A stretch of DNA of 61,158 bases, the filler included. It is 5 parts of 5 records of this genome, joined end to end, with 100 filler letters (N's around TTAATTAATTAA, not from the genome) between each part and the next. Parts side by side here need not be neighbours in the genome. Positions count along the whole stretch, not along the records: positions 55,188 to 61,158 come from SRR31156797_27723; 4 more parts are not named here. One strand, given 5' to 3'. Below, one piece after another: positions 61,158-61,158 of this stretch (the stretch's first letter is position 1; every line of letters starts with the position of its first letter). Both the position numbers and the translations under genes were made by a program. The notes beneath the pieces were generated by a model. The model was not told where the DNA came from. It saw only the letters and a program-made list of their open reading frames with translations, and searched no databases.

Positions 61158-61158
61158 C

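Overview
The window is five unrelated contigs joined by artificial 100-nt spacers (N44-TTAATTAATTAA-N44), so no gene context crosses the joins. Contig 1 (1-18888) is an apparently complete ~18.9 kb integrative element bounded by pieces of a tRNA-Thr(CGT) 3' half. Its backbone has a tyrosine integrase, an excisionase-like HTH, a Prim-Pol/DUF3987 replicase, iteron-like repeats, an RP4-like oriT with no relaxase gene, Rha and higBA. Its ~10.6 kb cargo (5308-15883) is the best candidate for an undescribed system. It joins a phage-type hydroxymethyl-dU pathway (thymidylate-synthase homologue, thymidylate kinase fused to a 5-hmdU DNA-kinase-like domain, degenerate dCTP-deaminase fold with a TM tail, GT2-TPR, NDT-EgtD methyltransferase fusion) to an immune-type signalling operon (TIR, Nmad2, NDT-TPR, alpha/beta-hydrolase-TPR, second TIR). 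Contig 2 (18989-27538) is Bacteroidota-like housekeeping DNA: glutaminyl cyclase, DUF1338, ECF sigma, sucAB, REP-like repeats. Contig 3 (27639-48644) is Bacteroidota-like: an ABC efflux operon with modular low-complexity spacers, xth, GH106, an M1 peptidase, and a stress/metal cluster (HK, REC-Crp/Fnr, PRC-barrel, baeRF, encapsulin with a ferritin-like cargo lacking an obvious loading peptide, FAD reductase, CopB) carrying identically spaced tandem FNR-like boxes. It ends in a GIY-YIG pseudogene and a tRNA-Glu fragment. Contig 4 (48745-55087) is ordinary Vibrio-like DNA. Contig 5 (55188-61158) is one open-ended ~1990-codon hybrid sensor kinase absent from the ORF track. All family and taxon calls come from motif recognition by eye, not from database searches.
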